Of a DNA stretch of 64,000 nt, positions 1-10,279 are shown piece by piece; the stretch's first letter is position 1, and each line of letters opens with the position of its first letter. The stretch spans positions 4,734 through 68,733 of the forward strand of contig JAGUZX010000135.1 in the NCBI GenBank assembly GCA_020060545.1. Reading direction: 5' to 3'. The position numbers and the translations under genes are program-made. This stretch comes from Desulfovibrio sp. (GTDB lineage: Bacteria > Bacillota > Dethiobacteria > DTU022). The notes beneath the pieces were generated by a model that saw nothing but the letters and a program-made list of their open reading frames with translations, made no database searches and was not told where the DNA came from.

Positions 1-553
1 CCTCTGGCTCAACGCCCACGGCATTGACCACTCCACGGTCGAGCCCGGCGGCGCGGCGCGGCAAAAAGGGGTGGGCCATGCCATGACCCTGCCGCGGGAT
101 TACGCCACACCGCGGGAGCTCGCGGTGGTGCTGCTGGAGTTGACCGAAGAGGTCTGCCTGCGGGCCCGCGCCCTGGGGAAAATGGGCGGCACCGTCCACG
201 TCTACTGCCGGGGCGCCGACTTTGACCGCCCCTCCGGCTTTTCGCGCCAAAAAAAGCTGCCCGAGCCCACCTCCGTGACGATGGATGTCTACCCCCACGC
301 GCTGAGCCTTTTTCGCCGCCACTGGGACGGGCAGCCGGTCCGGGCGGTGGGGGTGAGCCTGACCGGTTTAACCGACCGCGACCGCTACCAGCTCTCCCTG
401 TTCAACCGCCGCGCGGCAAAAGACGCCCTCGGCGAGGCCATGGACGGGATCCGGGAGCGTTTCGGCGCCACCAGCATCTTCCGGGCCGCCTCGCTTACCC
501 CCGGGGCCCAGCTTTTCCGCCGGGCCGGCATGATCGGGGGCCACGAGGCATGA
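1..553 (+). CDS. dinB: DNA polymerase IV (Y-family, DinB-like), C-terminal part; 5' end lies upstream of window
   Basis: ORF open to base 1 (frame of 71..553). Translated tail resembles DinB little-finger region. Stop overlaps the next ORF start (ATGA). Confidence 0.7.
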   Translation, partial: LWLNAHGIDHSTVEPGGAARQKGVGHAMTLPRDYATPRELAVVLLELTEEVCLRARALGKMGGTVHVYCRGADFDRPSGFSRQKKLPEPTSVTMDVYPHALSLFRRHWDGQPVRAVGVSLTGLTDRDRYQLSLFNRRAAKDALGEAMDGIRERFGATSIFRAASLTPGAQLFRRAGMIGGHEA

Positions 554-912
554 GTACAAAAAAACTTTACCACCAGTTCGCCTGCAGCAGCATGATGCTG
601 CCGGAACACCGCGGGCGCCTGGAGCGGCGGCGCCGGGAGGCGCGCCGGGAGGAAGAACACCGCCGCCCCCAGTTTGACGAGCAGCAGAGGGATCAGTTCC
701 AGTATCTCCTGGAGCGGTCGCTGTCGCAGGGTCTGAAGCTGCAGGTTACAATTTTAACCGATCAGGGCTGCCGGATCCTGGCGGGGACCGCAAAACAGGA
801 CTCCGCAGCCGGCGTGCTGCGCCTGAAGACTGCCGATGGTGTGCTCAAAGTCGCGGCCGCGCAGATCGTCGCCCTGCAGATTGACGAAAATTCAAGTGGG
901 GATGGTTTTTGA
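550..912 (+). CDS. YolD-like protein (UmuD-like accessory often paired with Y-family polymerase in Firmicutes)
   Basis: 120-aa ORF translationally coupled to dinB (4-bp overlap). Charged N-terminus and C-terminal beta-rich region typical of YolD family. Confidence 0.5.
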   Translation: MSTKKLYHQFACSSMMLPEHRGRLERRRREARREEEHRRPQFDEQQRDQFQYLLERSLSQGLKLQVTILTDQGCRILAGTAKQDSAAGVLRLKTADGVLKVAAAQIVALQIDENSSGDGF

Positions 913-985
913 CTGGCAGTGCTCCTTTTATTTGTGCGCCAGGCGCGGCACGCTGGGCCCCCTCTGCTCCCATCTCATTTCTCAT

Positions 986-1378
986 TCACCAGCGCCGCCA
1001 GGTATTTAGGGAGCCGCTGTCCAGCTTGCGCTGCAGATAACGGCGCAGCGTACTTTTTATCCGCCGCCTCGTAAACGGGATCAGCAGGCAAAAACCGGAA
1101 AGATCGGTCAGCAACCCCGGGGTAAGCAGCAGCGCGCCCCCCAGAAGGATGCACACCCCGTCGAATATTTTATCCCCGGGAATGATCCCCTGCTCCAGGT
1201 CGGCCCACATCTTGCGCAGGACGAACAGCCCCTGGGATTTGGCCAGCAGTACCCCGGCAAAACCCGTGGAGGCAACCAGGAAAATAGTCGGCCACGTGCC
1301 GATCCACCGGCCAAGTTCGATCAGCACCCAGAGCTCAATTAAAGGGAGCAGGGTGAACAGCAGGAACAGTTTAAGCAT
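986..1378 (-). CDS. fxsA: FxsA family cytoplasmic membrane protein
   Basis: 130 aa. N-terminal TM helices plus LLLTPGLLTD motif and basic C-tail typical of FxsA. Confidence 0.75.
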   Translation of the reverse strand: MLKLFLLFTLLPLIELWVLIELGRWIGTWPTIFLVASTGFAGVLLAKSQGLFVLRKMWADLEQGIIPGDKIFDGVCILLGGALLLTPGLLTDLSGFCLLIPFTRRRIKSTLRRYLQRKLDSGSLNTWRRW

Positions 1379-1443
1379 GGCATATACTCCACCCAGAGTT
1401 AGTATTGCCTGTTGCCGGCCGTTTTAGAGGACGAGGACCGTGT

Positions 1444-2076
1444 TTATAGCCCCAGGTCCGCCCGGCCCAGCGGATGCTCCCAGGTGAAATGACCGTCACA
1501 CCAGGGCTCGCCGTTAACCTTGACCAGAACCGCGTCGACCGTGGGGAACTGGGTTGCGGTTAAAACAAGCGACCGGATAAAGAGCGCCCCGGCAAAAGAG
1601 CCCTGCGGGCTTCCCGGGTCGGTCAGTACTGCGGGGGATAAATCAACGATCGCCACCCTGTCCTTGATCCGCAGGTCGAGGATGCGGGTTGTCGCCGGCA
1701 GGGTCGGGGCCAGGTCTCCTTCCCCCGGCAGCGGGCCGCGGATCAGCTCTTCGAGAGAGAGGCGCAGCACCCCCAGCGTATGAGGAAACTCCCGTGTCAC
1801 CTTCTTCATAAATCCTGTTTCACCGGGCTCGTTGCGCGCGACGGCCGCGTTATCGGAAAAATACAGCTCGATCCGGACGGTCCTGTTTTCCGCGCCGCTT
1901 TGGTTCTCTCCTTCCGCGCCGTTACCAGGCCCCTCCGGTTCACCGGGTTTCTGCGTTTCGGGCGGTTCCTTTCCCGGATCCGCGGGCTGATCTTTGAGCA
2001 TCTTGATGCCGGCAAAAACTCCAATTGCCACAAACAATATGACCGTCACCAGCAGCAGCAACAGCGATCTTTTCAT
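1444..2076 (-). CDS. GerMN-domain (germination protein M-like) membrane-anchored protein
   Basis: N-terminal signal/TM (MKRSLLLLLVTVILFVAIG), low-complexity Pro/Gly/Glu linker, then GerMN-like domain. Start chosen at internal ATG with TM. Confidence 0.5.
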   Translation of the reverse strand: MKRSLLLLLVTVILFVAIGVFAGIKMLKDQPADPGKEPPETQKPGEPEGPGNGAEGENQSGAENRTVRIELYFSDNAAVARNEPGETGFMKKVTREFPHTLGVLRLSLEELIRGPLPGEGDLAPTLPATTRILDLRIKDRVAIVDLSPAVLTDPGSPQGSFAGALFIRSLVLTATQFPTVDAVLVKVNGEPWCDGHFTWEHPLGRADLGL

Positions 2077-2114
2077 TTTCTCCCCCCTCAAAACAAGATC
2101 AAGAGTCTAGCCCC

Positions 2115-3137
2115 TTAACTGATCAGTATTTCCTTGATTATTTTCAGGGCCCGGGCGACATCACGGCGGCTAATATCTTTATGGGTGTTGAAGCGCACTT
2201 TTTGCGGCCCGAAACGGGTGACAAGGACACCCCTCGTTTTCAGGGAATCCACAAACTGAAAGGCGGTCATATTAGTGAGCTCCGCCACAACAATGTTCGT
2301 TTCCACCGCCGCCGGGTCAAGGCGAAGACCCGGTAGCCCGGCCAGGCGTTCCGCCATGTAGCGGGCATTGGCGTGATCCTCCGCCAGCCTTTCCACCATG
2401 GTCTGTAAGGCGACGATGCCCGGCGCGGCGATGACTCCGGCTTGGCGCATACCGCCGCCCAGGCGCTTCCGCCAGCGGCGCGCTTCTTTGATCCAATCCC
2501 GCGGCCCGGCAATCACTGAACCCACCGGGGCTGCCAGCCCCTTGGAAAGGCAGATCTGGACGGTGTCCGCGCAGGCGGCAAAGCCGCGCGCGGGAACACC
2601 GGAAGCCACGGCGGCGTTGAACAGCCGGGCCCCGTCCAGGTGGAGCGGGATCTTTCTTTCATGCGCCACCCGGTAAACCGCTTCCATCTTCTCCAGGGGG
2701 ATTACCGCGCCGCCGGCCCGGTTGTGCGTGTTCTCGAGGCAGATCAGCGCCGTGGGAGGATAGTGGATGTTTTCTTCCCTGACGGCGGCGGCTGCCTGGG
2801 CGGCGGAAAACGCCCCCCGCTCCCCCTGCAGGGCGCAGAACTGCACCCCGGCCAGGGCCGCCGCCGCGCCCGCCTCGTAGCAATTGATGTGGGACTCCGC
2901 TTCCAGGATCACCTCGCTGCCGGGGCGGCAGTGTGTTAATATAGAAACCTGGTTTCCCTGGGTGCCGCTGGTCACCAGCAGGGCGTCCTCCTTGCCCAGC
3001 ATCTCCGCCGCCAGCTCCTGCAGGCGGTTTACGGTGGGGTCCTCCCCGTATACATCGTCGCCCACCTCCGCCTCCCGCATCGCCCTGCGCATGGCCGCGG
3101 TCGGCTTAGTCACCGTGTCGCTTCGCAGATCAATCAT
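2115..3137 (-). CDS. ltaE: Low-specificity L-threonine aldolase
   Basis: 340 aa. N-terminal [13 protein letters not shown] and PLP-fold motifs characteristic of threonine aldolase family. Confidence 0.8.
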   Translation of the reverse strand: MIDLRSDTVTKPTAAMRRAMREAEVGDDVYGEDPTVNRLQELAAEMLGKEDALLVTSGTQGNQVSILTHCRPGSEVILEAESHINCYEAGAAAALAGVQFCALQGERGAFSAAQAAAAVREENIHYPPTALICLENTHNRAGGAVIPLEKMEAVYRVAHERKIPLHLDGARLFNAAVASGVPARGFAACADTVQICLSKGLAAPVGSVIAGPRDWIKEARRWRKRLGGGMRQAGVIAAPGIVALQTMVERLAEDHANARYMAERLAGLPGLRLDPAAVETNIVVAELTNMTAFQFVDSLKTRGVLVTRFGPQKVRFNTHKDISRRDVARALKIIKEILIS

Positions 3138-3366
3138 CTTTTTCCTCCGGCTAATTTTCTTTATAAATTTGCGGCGCTGCCGATTGCCTGTTATTTTGTT
3201 TTCTTCGACCGAAATAAGGCGGATCCTGCGCTTACCCGGGGAATATTGAAGGCCTGAAAACCTATTTTTACAGTATGGACAGGAGCGGAATTCTGCTTTT
3301 TCTGGAGAAGCTGGGCTCCCGCGGTACAGGTTATGCCGCTCCGTCTTTTTCGCTCCCGGCAGACAG

Positions 3367-4683
3367 TCAGATCACTTTTCCCAGGAGCTCATTTAAGGTC
3401 GGCTCCCCGATCTCCTGCAGTTCGTAGCGGACCCGCACGGCGGGTTTATTCATTTTGATAATGCGGCGCAGATCGATCGGCGTGGCGATCACCACCAGCT
3501 CGGCGTCCGAACTGTTGATCGTGCTTTCCAGGTCCCTGACCTGCTTCTCCCCGTAACCCATGGCGGGCAGGAGCGTCCCGATATGGGGGTACTTTTCGTA
3601 TGTGGTTTTGAGCGTCCCCACGGCAAACCGGCGCGGATCGACCAGCGCGGTGGCGCCGTACTTCTTGGCGGCGATCACTCCGGCCCCGTAGATCATCTCG
3701 CCGTGCGTCAGGGTGGGGCCGTCTTCAATCACCAGTACTTTTTTACCCCTGATCGAATTGCCGCCCTCGATAAAAATCGGCGAAGCGGCCTCGATCACCA
3801 CCGCCCCGGGGTTGACGCGCCTGATATTTTCCTGCACGATGCCGATCCCCTTAATATCTGCCGTTTCCACCTTGTTGATAATGACCCCGTCGGCCAGGCG
3901 CAGGTTCGTCTCGCCTGGATGGTAGGAAATCTCGTGGCCGGGCCGGTGCGGGTCGACCAGGGTCAGGTAAACGTCGGCCTTGTAAAAGGAGATGTCGTTG
4001 TTGCCGCCGTCCCAGACGATCACGTCCGCCTCCTTTTCCGCCTCCGCCAGGATCCGGCCGTAATCCACCCCGGCGTAAACAATCACCCCGCGGTCGATAT
4101 GCGGTTCATACTCTTCTCTTTCCTCGATTGTGCATTTGTGCCGGTCCAGGTCTTCGTAGTCGGCAAAGCGCTGGCAGACCTGCTTGGTCAGGTCGCCGTA
4201 GGGCATCGGGTGGCGGACCGCCACCACCTTTTTGCCTTTCTCTTTCAAAATCTCGCACACACGGCGGGTAGTCTGGCTCTTGCCCACCCCGGTCCGCACC
4301 GCGGTAACGGCCACCACCGGCTTTGCGGATCGCAGCATGGTGGTCCCCGGCCCCATTAACCGGAAGTCCGCCCCCGCGGCCAGCACCGTGGACGCCTTGG
4401 ACATCACATAATGGTGCGGCACGTCGCTGTAGGCGAAAACCACCTGGTCAACTTTAGCTTTGCGGATCAGGCTTGCCAGTTCTTCTTCGGCGTAAATGGG
4501 GATCCCGTCAGGATAAAGTTTCCCGGCAAGCTGGGCCGGGTAGACCCTCCCCTCGATATCCGGGATCTGCGTAGCGGTAAAGGCTACCACGCGGTACTGC
4601 GCATTATCCCTGAAGTAAACGTTAAAATTATGGAAATCCCTCCCTGCGGCGCCCATGATCATCACTTTTTTGGCTTCCATCAT
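3367..4683 (-). CDS. P-loop protein of the cyclic 2,3-diphosphoglycerate synthetase-like family (function in bacteria unknown)
   Basis: 438 aa. Walker [10 protein letters not shown] mid-protein. Overall architecture resembles archaeal cPGS. Lies 23 bp downstream of argF on the same strand. Confidence 0.45.
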   Translation of the reverse strand: MMEAKKVMIMGAAGRDFHNFNVYFRDNAQYRVVAFTATQIPDIEGRVYPAQLAGKLYPDGIPIYAEEELASLIRKAKVDQVVFAYSDVPHHYVMSKASTVLAAGADFRLMGPGTTMLRSAKPVVAVTAVRTGVGKSQTTRRVCEILKEKGKKVVAVRHPMPYGDLTKQVCQRFADYEDLDRHKCTIEEREEYEPHIDRGVIVYAGVDYGRILAEAEKEADVIVWDGGNNDISFYKADVYLTLVDPHRPGHEISYHPGETNLRLADGVIINKVETADIKGIGIVQENIRRVNPGAVVIEAASPIFIEGGNSIRGKKVLVIEDGPTLTHGEMIYGAGVIAAKKYGATALVDPRRFAVGTLKTTYEKYPHIGTLLPAMGYGEKQVRDLESTINSSDAELVVIATPIDLRRIIKMNKPAVRVRYELQEIGEPTLNELLGKVI

Positions 4684-4705
4684 GCCAACCTCCCGCGCAA
4701 GATTT

Positions 4706-5638
4706 TCACATTACCAGGGCCAGGATCGCCTTTTGAAGATGCAGGCGGTTTTCGGCTTGATCGAAAACGATCGATCGCGGCCCGTCGACCACTTCTCCGG
4801 TAATTTCTTCACCCCGGTGCGCCGGCAGGCAGTGCATTACCAGGACGTCATCCCTGGCCCCGGCAAGGAGACCGCTGTTCACCTGGTAGCGCTCGAATGC
4901 CTTGAGCCGCTGCGCGTGCTCTTCTTCCTGCCCCATGCTCGCCCAAACATCGGTATAAATAATATCGGCGGTTTTTACCGCTTCGGCCGCATCGCCGTGA
5001 ATGGATATGGCGGCGCCGGTTTTGGCGGCGTCCGCCCTGGCCAGGGCGGTAATCCCAGGATCGGGCTCGTAGCCGGAAGGGGAGCAAATTGTCACGTGCA
5101 TCCCGGCCTTCGCCCCTCCAAACATCAAAGAATGGGCCATATTGTTCCCGTCTCCGATGTAAACCAGGTTAACCCCTTCCAGGCGCCCTTTTTTCTCCTT
5201 GATGGTAAAGAGATCCGAAAGGACCTGGCACGGGTGCAGCAGGTCGGTCAACCCGTTTATCACCGGCACGGTGCTGTATTCCGCCAGGTCAAGCACCTCC
5301 TGGTGCGAGTAGGTGCGGATCATGATCCCGTCCAGGTAGCGGCTTAACACCCGGGCTGTGTCGGCGATCGTTTCACCCCGCTTCAACTGGAGATCCCCTG
5401 CGCTCAGGTAGAGGGCGTAGCCTCCCAGCTGCCACATCGCCACCTCGAATGAAATGCGGGTGCGGGTGGAGGCTTTTTGAAAAATCATGCCCAGGGTTTT
5501 TCCTTGCAAGGGATGGTAAATATCCCCAATCTTTTGCTTCATTTTCAGGATCTGGGCCGTATCCAGGATCTGGTTGACCTCTTCCACGGTCAAATCATGG
5601 ATGGAGATGATATCCCTGCCTTTCATGCTCACCGCCAT
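4706..5638 (-). CDS. argF: Ornithine carbamoyltransferase
   Basis: 310 aa with STRTR carbamoyl-phosphate motif, HCLP motif and DxxMG typical of OTCase. Confidence 0.85.
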   Translation of the reverse strand: MAVSMKGRDIISIHDLTVEEVNQILDTAQILKMKQKIGDIYHPLQGKTLGMIFQKASTRTRISFEVAMWQLGGYALYLSAGDLQLKRGETIADTARVLSRYLDGIMIRTYSHQEVLDLAEYSTVPVINGLTDLLHPCQVLSDLFTIKEKKGRLEGVNLVYIGDGNNMAHSLMFGGAKAGMHVTICSPSGYEPDPGITALARADAAKTGAAISIHGDAAEAVKTADIIYTDVWASMGQEEEHAQRLKAFERYQVNSGLLAGARDDVLVMHCLPAHRGEEITGEVVDGPRSIVFDQAENRLHLQKAILALVM

Positions 5639-5927
5639 ACTTACTCCTCCTTACTATATGTTTTACCTGGCTGTGCCGGTTAAACCTATTTTGCCCCGGC
5701 AGGCAATTCTTTTATTGATTTTCCTTTTCCCTTAGCCGCTTTCTCAAGTGATCATTCTCCCCCGGGCCGGGCAAGTCCTGCTCTTTTGGTTAAGATTGCC
5801 GTTTCGAAAGCACAGGAAGGCAGGAAAGAAATATTCCCTGATAAAAAATTTACAATTCACTGATAGATACTTGAAAATTAACCGTTATCATAATCATGGA
5901 GACTAACGAGATAAAGAAGGTTGGCCC

Positions 5928-7235
5928 GTGTTGTTTATCGTATTGAAAATGATGCAATACCTCATCCTCGGCTTTGGCTTCTATTATTTGATCGTCGCTT
6001 GCGCCGGGTTGTTCAGCCGGCGCTGCCGCAAAGAGCACCCTCCGGCAATGCGTTTTGCCGTCATTGTCCCCGCCCATAACGAAGCCAAAGTAATCGGCAA
6101 TCTTGTCCGCAACTTGAAAGCGCTGGAATACCCGCAGCACCTCTTCGATATCTATGTTATCGCCGACTCCTGCAACGACAATACCGCCGCGGCGGCCAGG
6201 GCGGAAGGGGCCGTGGTTTGGGAACGCTCCGACCCGGTGCGGCGTGGAAAGGGTTATGTCCTGGAGTACGCCGTCAACAGGCTGGGTTTTACCGGCGCCG
6301 CCGCGGCGCCGGCCTATGACGCCGCCGTATTCTTCGACGCGGACAACCTGGTTTCACCCAATTTCCTGCAGGCAATGAACAACCACCTCCTGGAAGGAGA
6401 AAAAGTAATCCAGGGGTTCGTCGATTCCAAGAATCCTGCCGACAACTGGGTTACCTCCGCTTTCAGCCTGACATTTTGGATGTGCAACCGTTTCATCCTG
6501 CTTTCCCGTTACAACCTGGGGTTGAGCGGTGCGCTCATGGGGACGGGGATGTGCATCGCGCGGGAAGTGCTCGCCGGGTTGGGCTGGTCGACGGTGACCC
6601 TCACCGAAGACCTTGAATATTCAGTCCAGGCCTTGCTGCGCGGCTTCCGCACCACCTTTGCCATCGAAACCCGGATTTACGATGAAAAACCGCTGCACTT
6701 CTTTGCCACCTGCCGGCAGCGGCTGCGCTGGGCTAGGGGACAAATTAATGTCGGACTGCTCTACGCGCCGCGCCTGCTCTTGAGAGGAGCGCTCGAAGGC
6801 AACCTGGTCAAATTTGAAGGGGGTATCCGCCTGCTTCAGTTGTTTGTCATCGCGCTGGGAGGAGCGCTGACAGTTGCCTTCTTGATCATGCCGGCGTTCT
6901 TAAGTTCTGCTCCAGTCAATTTCGAGCCGGTCAGGACGGACCCGCGGTTGGGGCTAACCCTTACCGTCGTCCCTTACCTTCTTCCCCTGTTGACGCTCTT
7001 CCTCGACCGGCTGCCCCTGAAACCATTTCGTTATTACCCGGTTTACCCGCTGTTTTGCTTAAGCTGGATCATGATCATTATCGTAGCCTTTTTTACCTGG
7101 CGCAACCGCCAGTGGATGCCCACCGCCCATTCGCGCGCCCTCGACTACCACCACCTTTCCCTTACCCGGGCTGAAACAGCCCTTCCATCCCGCGGCTTCG
7201 GCCGATCCAAAGCCCCCGGTGTATTCAAAATTTAA
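5928..7235 (+). CDS. Processive family-2 glycosyltransferase (NodC/PgaC/cellulose-synthase-like), integral membrane
   Basis: N-terminal TM, DxD (FFDADN), QxxRW (QRLRWARGQ) motif, C-terminal multi-TM region. Confidence 0.7.
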   Translation: MLFIVLKMMQYLILGFGFYYLIVACAGLFSRRCRKEHPPAMRFAVIVPAHNEAKVIGNLVRNLKALEYPQHLFDIYVIADSCNDNTAAAARAEGAVVWERSDPVRRGKGYVLEYAVNRLGFTGAAAAPAYDAAVFFDADNLVSPNFLQAMNNHLLEGEKVIQGFVDSKNPADNWVTSAFSLTFWMCNRFILLSRYNLGLSGALMGTGMCIAREVLAGLGWSTVTLTEDLEYSVQALLRGFRTTFAIETRIYDEKPLHFFATCRQRLRWARGQINVGLLYAPRLLLRGALEGNLVKFEGGIRLLQLFVIALGGALTVAFLIMPAFLSSAPVNFEPVRTDPRLGLTLTVVPYLLPLLTLFLDRLPLKPFRYYPVYPLFCLSWIMIIIVAFFTWRNRQWMPTAHSRALDYHHLSLTRAETALPSRGFGRSKAPGVFKI

Positions 7236-7295
7236 TCAAGACAGCCGCCTGCAAGTCTGCTAAAATGAACACAAACGGACGGGGAGAGGTTTAAG

Positions 7296-7997
7296 ATGAC
7301 CAAGGCTTCGATCCTGGTGATCGAAGATGACAGGCATATTCTGGAACTGCTCAGGGTATGCCTGGGCCAGGAAGGCTATCGTGTCGCCACCGAAGAGAGC
7401 GGCCTGAAAGGGCTGGAAAGGGCGCACCGCGAAGCATTCGATCTGATTATCCTTGACCTGATGCTGCCGGAAAAAGACGGTTTCTCCATCTGCCGGGAGC
7501 TGTCCCAAAGCGGCGGCAACAGAACCCCGATCCTGATCTTGACCGCCAAAAGCGAAGAGGCGGATCGGGTCCTCGGGTTGAAACTTGGCGCCGACGATTA
7601 TGTGGTTAAACCTTTCAGCCCCCGCGAACTTGCCGCCCGGGTGGAGGCGATTTTGCGCCGGGTTTCCCGGGACAAGGCGGAAGATTCAGAAGCGCCCCTA
7701 TCGCGCGGTGAAATAAAAATCGATCCTTCCCGCCACCTGGTCACCGTCAACGAAGAAAAGGTACCGCTCACGCCGAAGGAATTTGAACTGCTGCACCTGC
7801 TGCTCCGCCATCCGGGGCGTGTTTTTACCCGCGGGGAACTGCTGGACCGCGTCTGGGGTTACCACTTTGCCGGTTCCAGCCGGACCGTGGACGAGCATAT
7901 CAAGAATTTGCGTCAGAAAGTCAAGGACGCCGGGGCCGCCTTTCAATACATCCACACCGTGTGGGGAGTGGGCTACAAGTGCGAAGCGGCGGAATAA
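7296..7997 (+). CDS. OmpR-family response regulator
   Basis: REC domain (DLIILDLMLPEKDG) plus winged-helix C-terminus (VWGYHF...RTVDEHI). Confidence 0.85.
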   Translation: MTKASILVIEDDRHILELLRVCLGQEGYRVATEESGLKGLERAHREAFDLIILDLMLPEKDGFSICRELSQSGGNRTPILILTAKSEEADRVLGLKLGADDYVVKPFSPRELAARVEAILRRVSRDKAEDSEAPLSRGEIKIDPSRHLVTVNEEKVPLTPKEFELLHLLLRHPGRVFTRGELLDRVWGYHFAGSSRTVDEHIKNLRQKVKDAGAAFQYIHTVWGVGYKCEAAE

Positions 7998-8002
7998 TCA
8001 AA

Positions 8003-9496
8003 ATGCTGCCTCCGAAGAGAATGTTCACCCGTTTGATGTTCAGCTACCTGCTGGTCACCCTTGCAATCCTGGGCGTGATCAGCATTATCTTTATCAACCT
8101 GATGCAAAAGTATTTTTTCAGTGTCGAAGGATGGCAGCTGGCGGGACGGGTGGAAAGGGCCGTTTCCTTGCTGCATGAACCGATGCTCAGCGGCGACCTC
8201 GAGGCCCTAACACAGCTTGCCGAAACCCTGGCCTTTTCCTACGATGTCTGCCTGTGGGTCACCGATCGGGAGGGTGCGGTGCTTGCCGAATCGGGAGACA
8301 AACGCGATAGACTGGGCCTGCGGGTGGAGGAATTTGAAATTGGCCATGTCCTGGACGGCAACACCATCACCAAGCAGATTGTCGGGCCGGATTACAACAG
8401 CCTTCTTTATATCGCCCCGATCTTCGAAGACGGTGAACGGGGTAGCAGGGAACAGACCCCGGCAAGCTCCTCAAAGGTAATCGGCGCCCTGGCGATCAGC
8501 TCCCCCCTCGGCCCCATTTCCGGCACCATTGCCGGCGTGACCAGGCTCGGCCTCTATGCCGCCATCGGCGCCGCCGTTTTGGCGGCGGGGCTTGGGTTTA
8601 CCTTATCCCGCAATATCGCCCACCCGCTGGAGGAGATGAGCCAGGTCGCCCTGGAGTTGTCCCGGGGCAACTTTGAAAACAGGGTGCGCTACCGCTCCAG
8701 GGACGAACTGGGGCAGCTGGCGCAAACCTTGAACTTCGCCATCGCCAAAGTGGCGGAAACAATCGAAAACGAAAGGCGGCTGGTGAAGCAGCAGCGGGAT
8801 TTTGTTTCGGATATCTCACACGAATTCAGGGCGCCGCTGACCTCCCTGCGCGGTTTTCTGGAGCTTTTCCGTGAAGGGAAAATTAAAAAGCGCGACCAGG
8901 CCAAATACCTGGATATCATCTATCATGACGCCATGCAGCTGAGCCGTTTGGTCCAGGATTTGCTTGACCTGGCCAGCCTCGAATCGGGGCAGCTTGTCCT
9001 TTCCAAGACGGAGCACGAGCCCGGAGAGCTGCTGCGGCTCTCGCTGCAGCACCTGGAACTAAAACTGGCGGAGAAGGAGATCAACCTCGATCTGTCAATC
9101 GCTGAAGATTTGCCTGTGATCGCGGTCGACGAGGGGCGCTTCCGCCAGGTTTTGCACAACCTCGCCGAGAACGCCATCCATTTCAGCCCTCCCCGGGAAA
9201 CGATCACCGTTCGAGTGGAACGCCGCGGCCAGGGCGCCCTTTTTATGGTGAGCGATTGCGGGGCCGGCATTCCTGCCGAGGAGCTGCCCTATATCTGGAA
9301 CCGGTTTTACAAGGTCGACAAGGTCCGCACCCGCGGCGGCACGGGAACCGGGCTGGGCCTGGCCATCGTCCGGCAGATCGTGGAACTGCACGGCGGGTGG
9401 GTGGCGGTGGAAAGCAACCTCGGCGGCGGCTCCACCTTCAGTTTCTGGCTTCCCTCCGGGACGCCGCCCCCGCCCCGGAAAATTGCTGGTGTTTGA
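8003..9496 (+). CDS. Sensor histidine kinase (TM-HAMP-HisKA-HATPase)
   Basis: H-box SHEFRAPLTS, N/G1/G2 boxes (GGTGTGLGLAIV). ATG at 8003 just after the regulator stop; alternative GTG at 7961. Confidence 0.8.
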   Translation: MLPPKRMFTRLMFSYLLVTLAILGVISIIFINLMQKYFFSVEGWQLAGRVERAVSLLHEPMLSGDLEALTQLAETLAFSYDVCLWVTDREGAVLAESGDKRDRLGLRVEEFEIGHVLDGNTITKQIVGPDYNSLLYIAPIFEDGERGSREQTPASSSKVIGALAISSPLGPISGTIAGVTRLGLYAAIGAAVLAAGLGFTLSRNIAHPLEEMSQVALELSRGNFENRVRYRSRDELGQLAQTLNFAIAKVAETIENERRLVKQQRDFVSDISHEFRAPLTSLRGFLELFREGKIKKRDQAKYLDIIYHDAMQLSRLVQDLLDLASLESGQLVLSKTEHEPGELLRLSLQHLELKLAEKEINLDLSIAEDLPVIAVDEGRFRQVLHNLAENAIHFSPPRETITVRVERRGQGALFMVSDCGAGIPAEELPYIWNRFYKVDKVRTRGGTGTGLGLAIVRQIVELHGGWVAVESNLGGGSTFSFWLPSGTPPPPRKIAGV

Positions 9497-9516
9497 GCAA
9501 TTTCCGGTTGGCGGCC

Positions 9517-9927
9517 CTATTCAAGCACCCTGCTTTGCCGCCTCCGGTAGCCGAGCCCCTGGAAGACAGCGACGGTATCCCCCTCTTCGTCCGTAATTTG
9601 GACTGTATATGAGCCCAGTTTCGGGGTCAATGCAACCAGCTTCCCCTCGGCGATTAAACTACCCGTGTTGATCGCTTTAAAGTATGAGATATTGGCGTTG
9701 ATGGAGACGGAAGACTGGTCATGCACATACCCGAGGGCCCCGAAAACCAGGTCGGCCAGGGTGAACAGCGCCCCGCCGTGCACAATATTGACCCCGTTCA
9801 AATGGTGTTCTCGAATCGTCATTTTGGCCTTGGCTCTTTGAGCGGAGATCTCCAACAGCTCGATGCCGACATACTGGGCAAAACGATCCTTTTCACAATA
9901 CCGGGTATGGTCATACCGGTTATCCAT
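9517..9927 (-). CDS. PaaI-family hotdog-fold thioesterase
   Basis: HGGALFTLADLV motif. Start placed at ATG with AAGAGGGG RBS (MDNRYDH...). Confidence 0.7.
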   Translation of the reverse strand: MDNRYDHTRYCEKDRFAQYVGIELLEISAQRAKAKMTIREHHLNGVNIVHGGALFTLADLVFGALGYVHDQSSVSINANISYFKAINTGSLIAEGKLVALTPKLGSYTVQITDEEGDTVAVFQGLGYRRRQSRVLE

Positions 9928-10098
9928 GTCGCCCCTCTTTCCCGTTTCAATTGAGTATTTATGCTCCGGCATTCCGGGCTAACATCGCTAACCCCGGATT
10001 GATCGTAGCAAAAAGAGAGCTGCTTGGCAATTAATCATAAAACCCTGAAACACTCCCTTTTGATATGTAAAAAACCCTGGTTTATCCAGGGTTTTTAC

Positions 10099-10184
10099 TG
10101 GTGCGAGCGAAGGGATTTGAACCCCCACGGGCGTACACCCACTAGGTCCTGAACCTAGCGCGTCTGCCATTCCGCCACGCTCGC
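10099..10184 (-). tRNA. tRNA-Leu (anticodon CAG)
   Basis: Manually folded 86-nt cloverleaf: 7-bp acceptor stem GCGAGCG/CGCTCGC, anticodon loop TTCAGGA, long variable arm, CCA end encoded. Confidence 0.85.
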
Positions 10185-10279
10185 AAGTTTTATCGCTTAC
10201 TCCCGTATTATACCCTTTCGCGGGCCGGATATCAAGGCCCATTTTCCGATAGGATAGATCAGGGGAACGGTTCCATATA

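Noticed and set aside
3138-3366. Possible glycine riboswitch or T-box leader upstream of ltaE
   Set aside because: I looked for GGAGAG...ACCGAAGG glycine-aptamer and T-box specifier/antiterminator hallmarks on the minus strand. No convincing match.
3583-4359. 258-aa plus-strand ORF antisense to the cPGS-like gene. Similar long antisense ORFs occur at 38709..39569, 55100..56215, 59968..61056 and 61854..62954.
   Set aside because: These are typical high-GC shadow ORFs: Arg/Gly/Pro-rich and low-complexity translations entirely nested in well-supported genes on the other strand, with no recognisable domains.
5639-5927. ArgR/AhrC ARG-box operator in the argF / GT2 divergent region
   Set aside because: Only a weak partial palindrome (AATTCA-n12-TGAAAATT) is present. 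It does not fit the TNTGAATWWWWATTCANW consensus well enough to call.
9988-10242. 84-aa ORF on the minus strand
   Set aside because: Overlaps the tRNA-Leu(CAG) gene (10099..10184) and its flanks; an artefact of the open frame.
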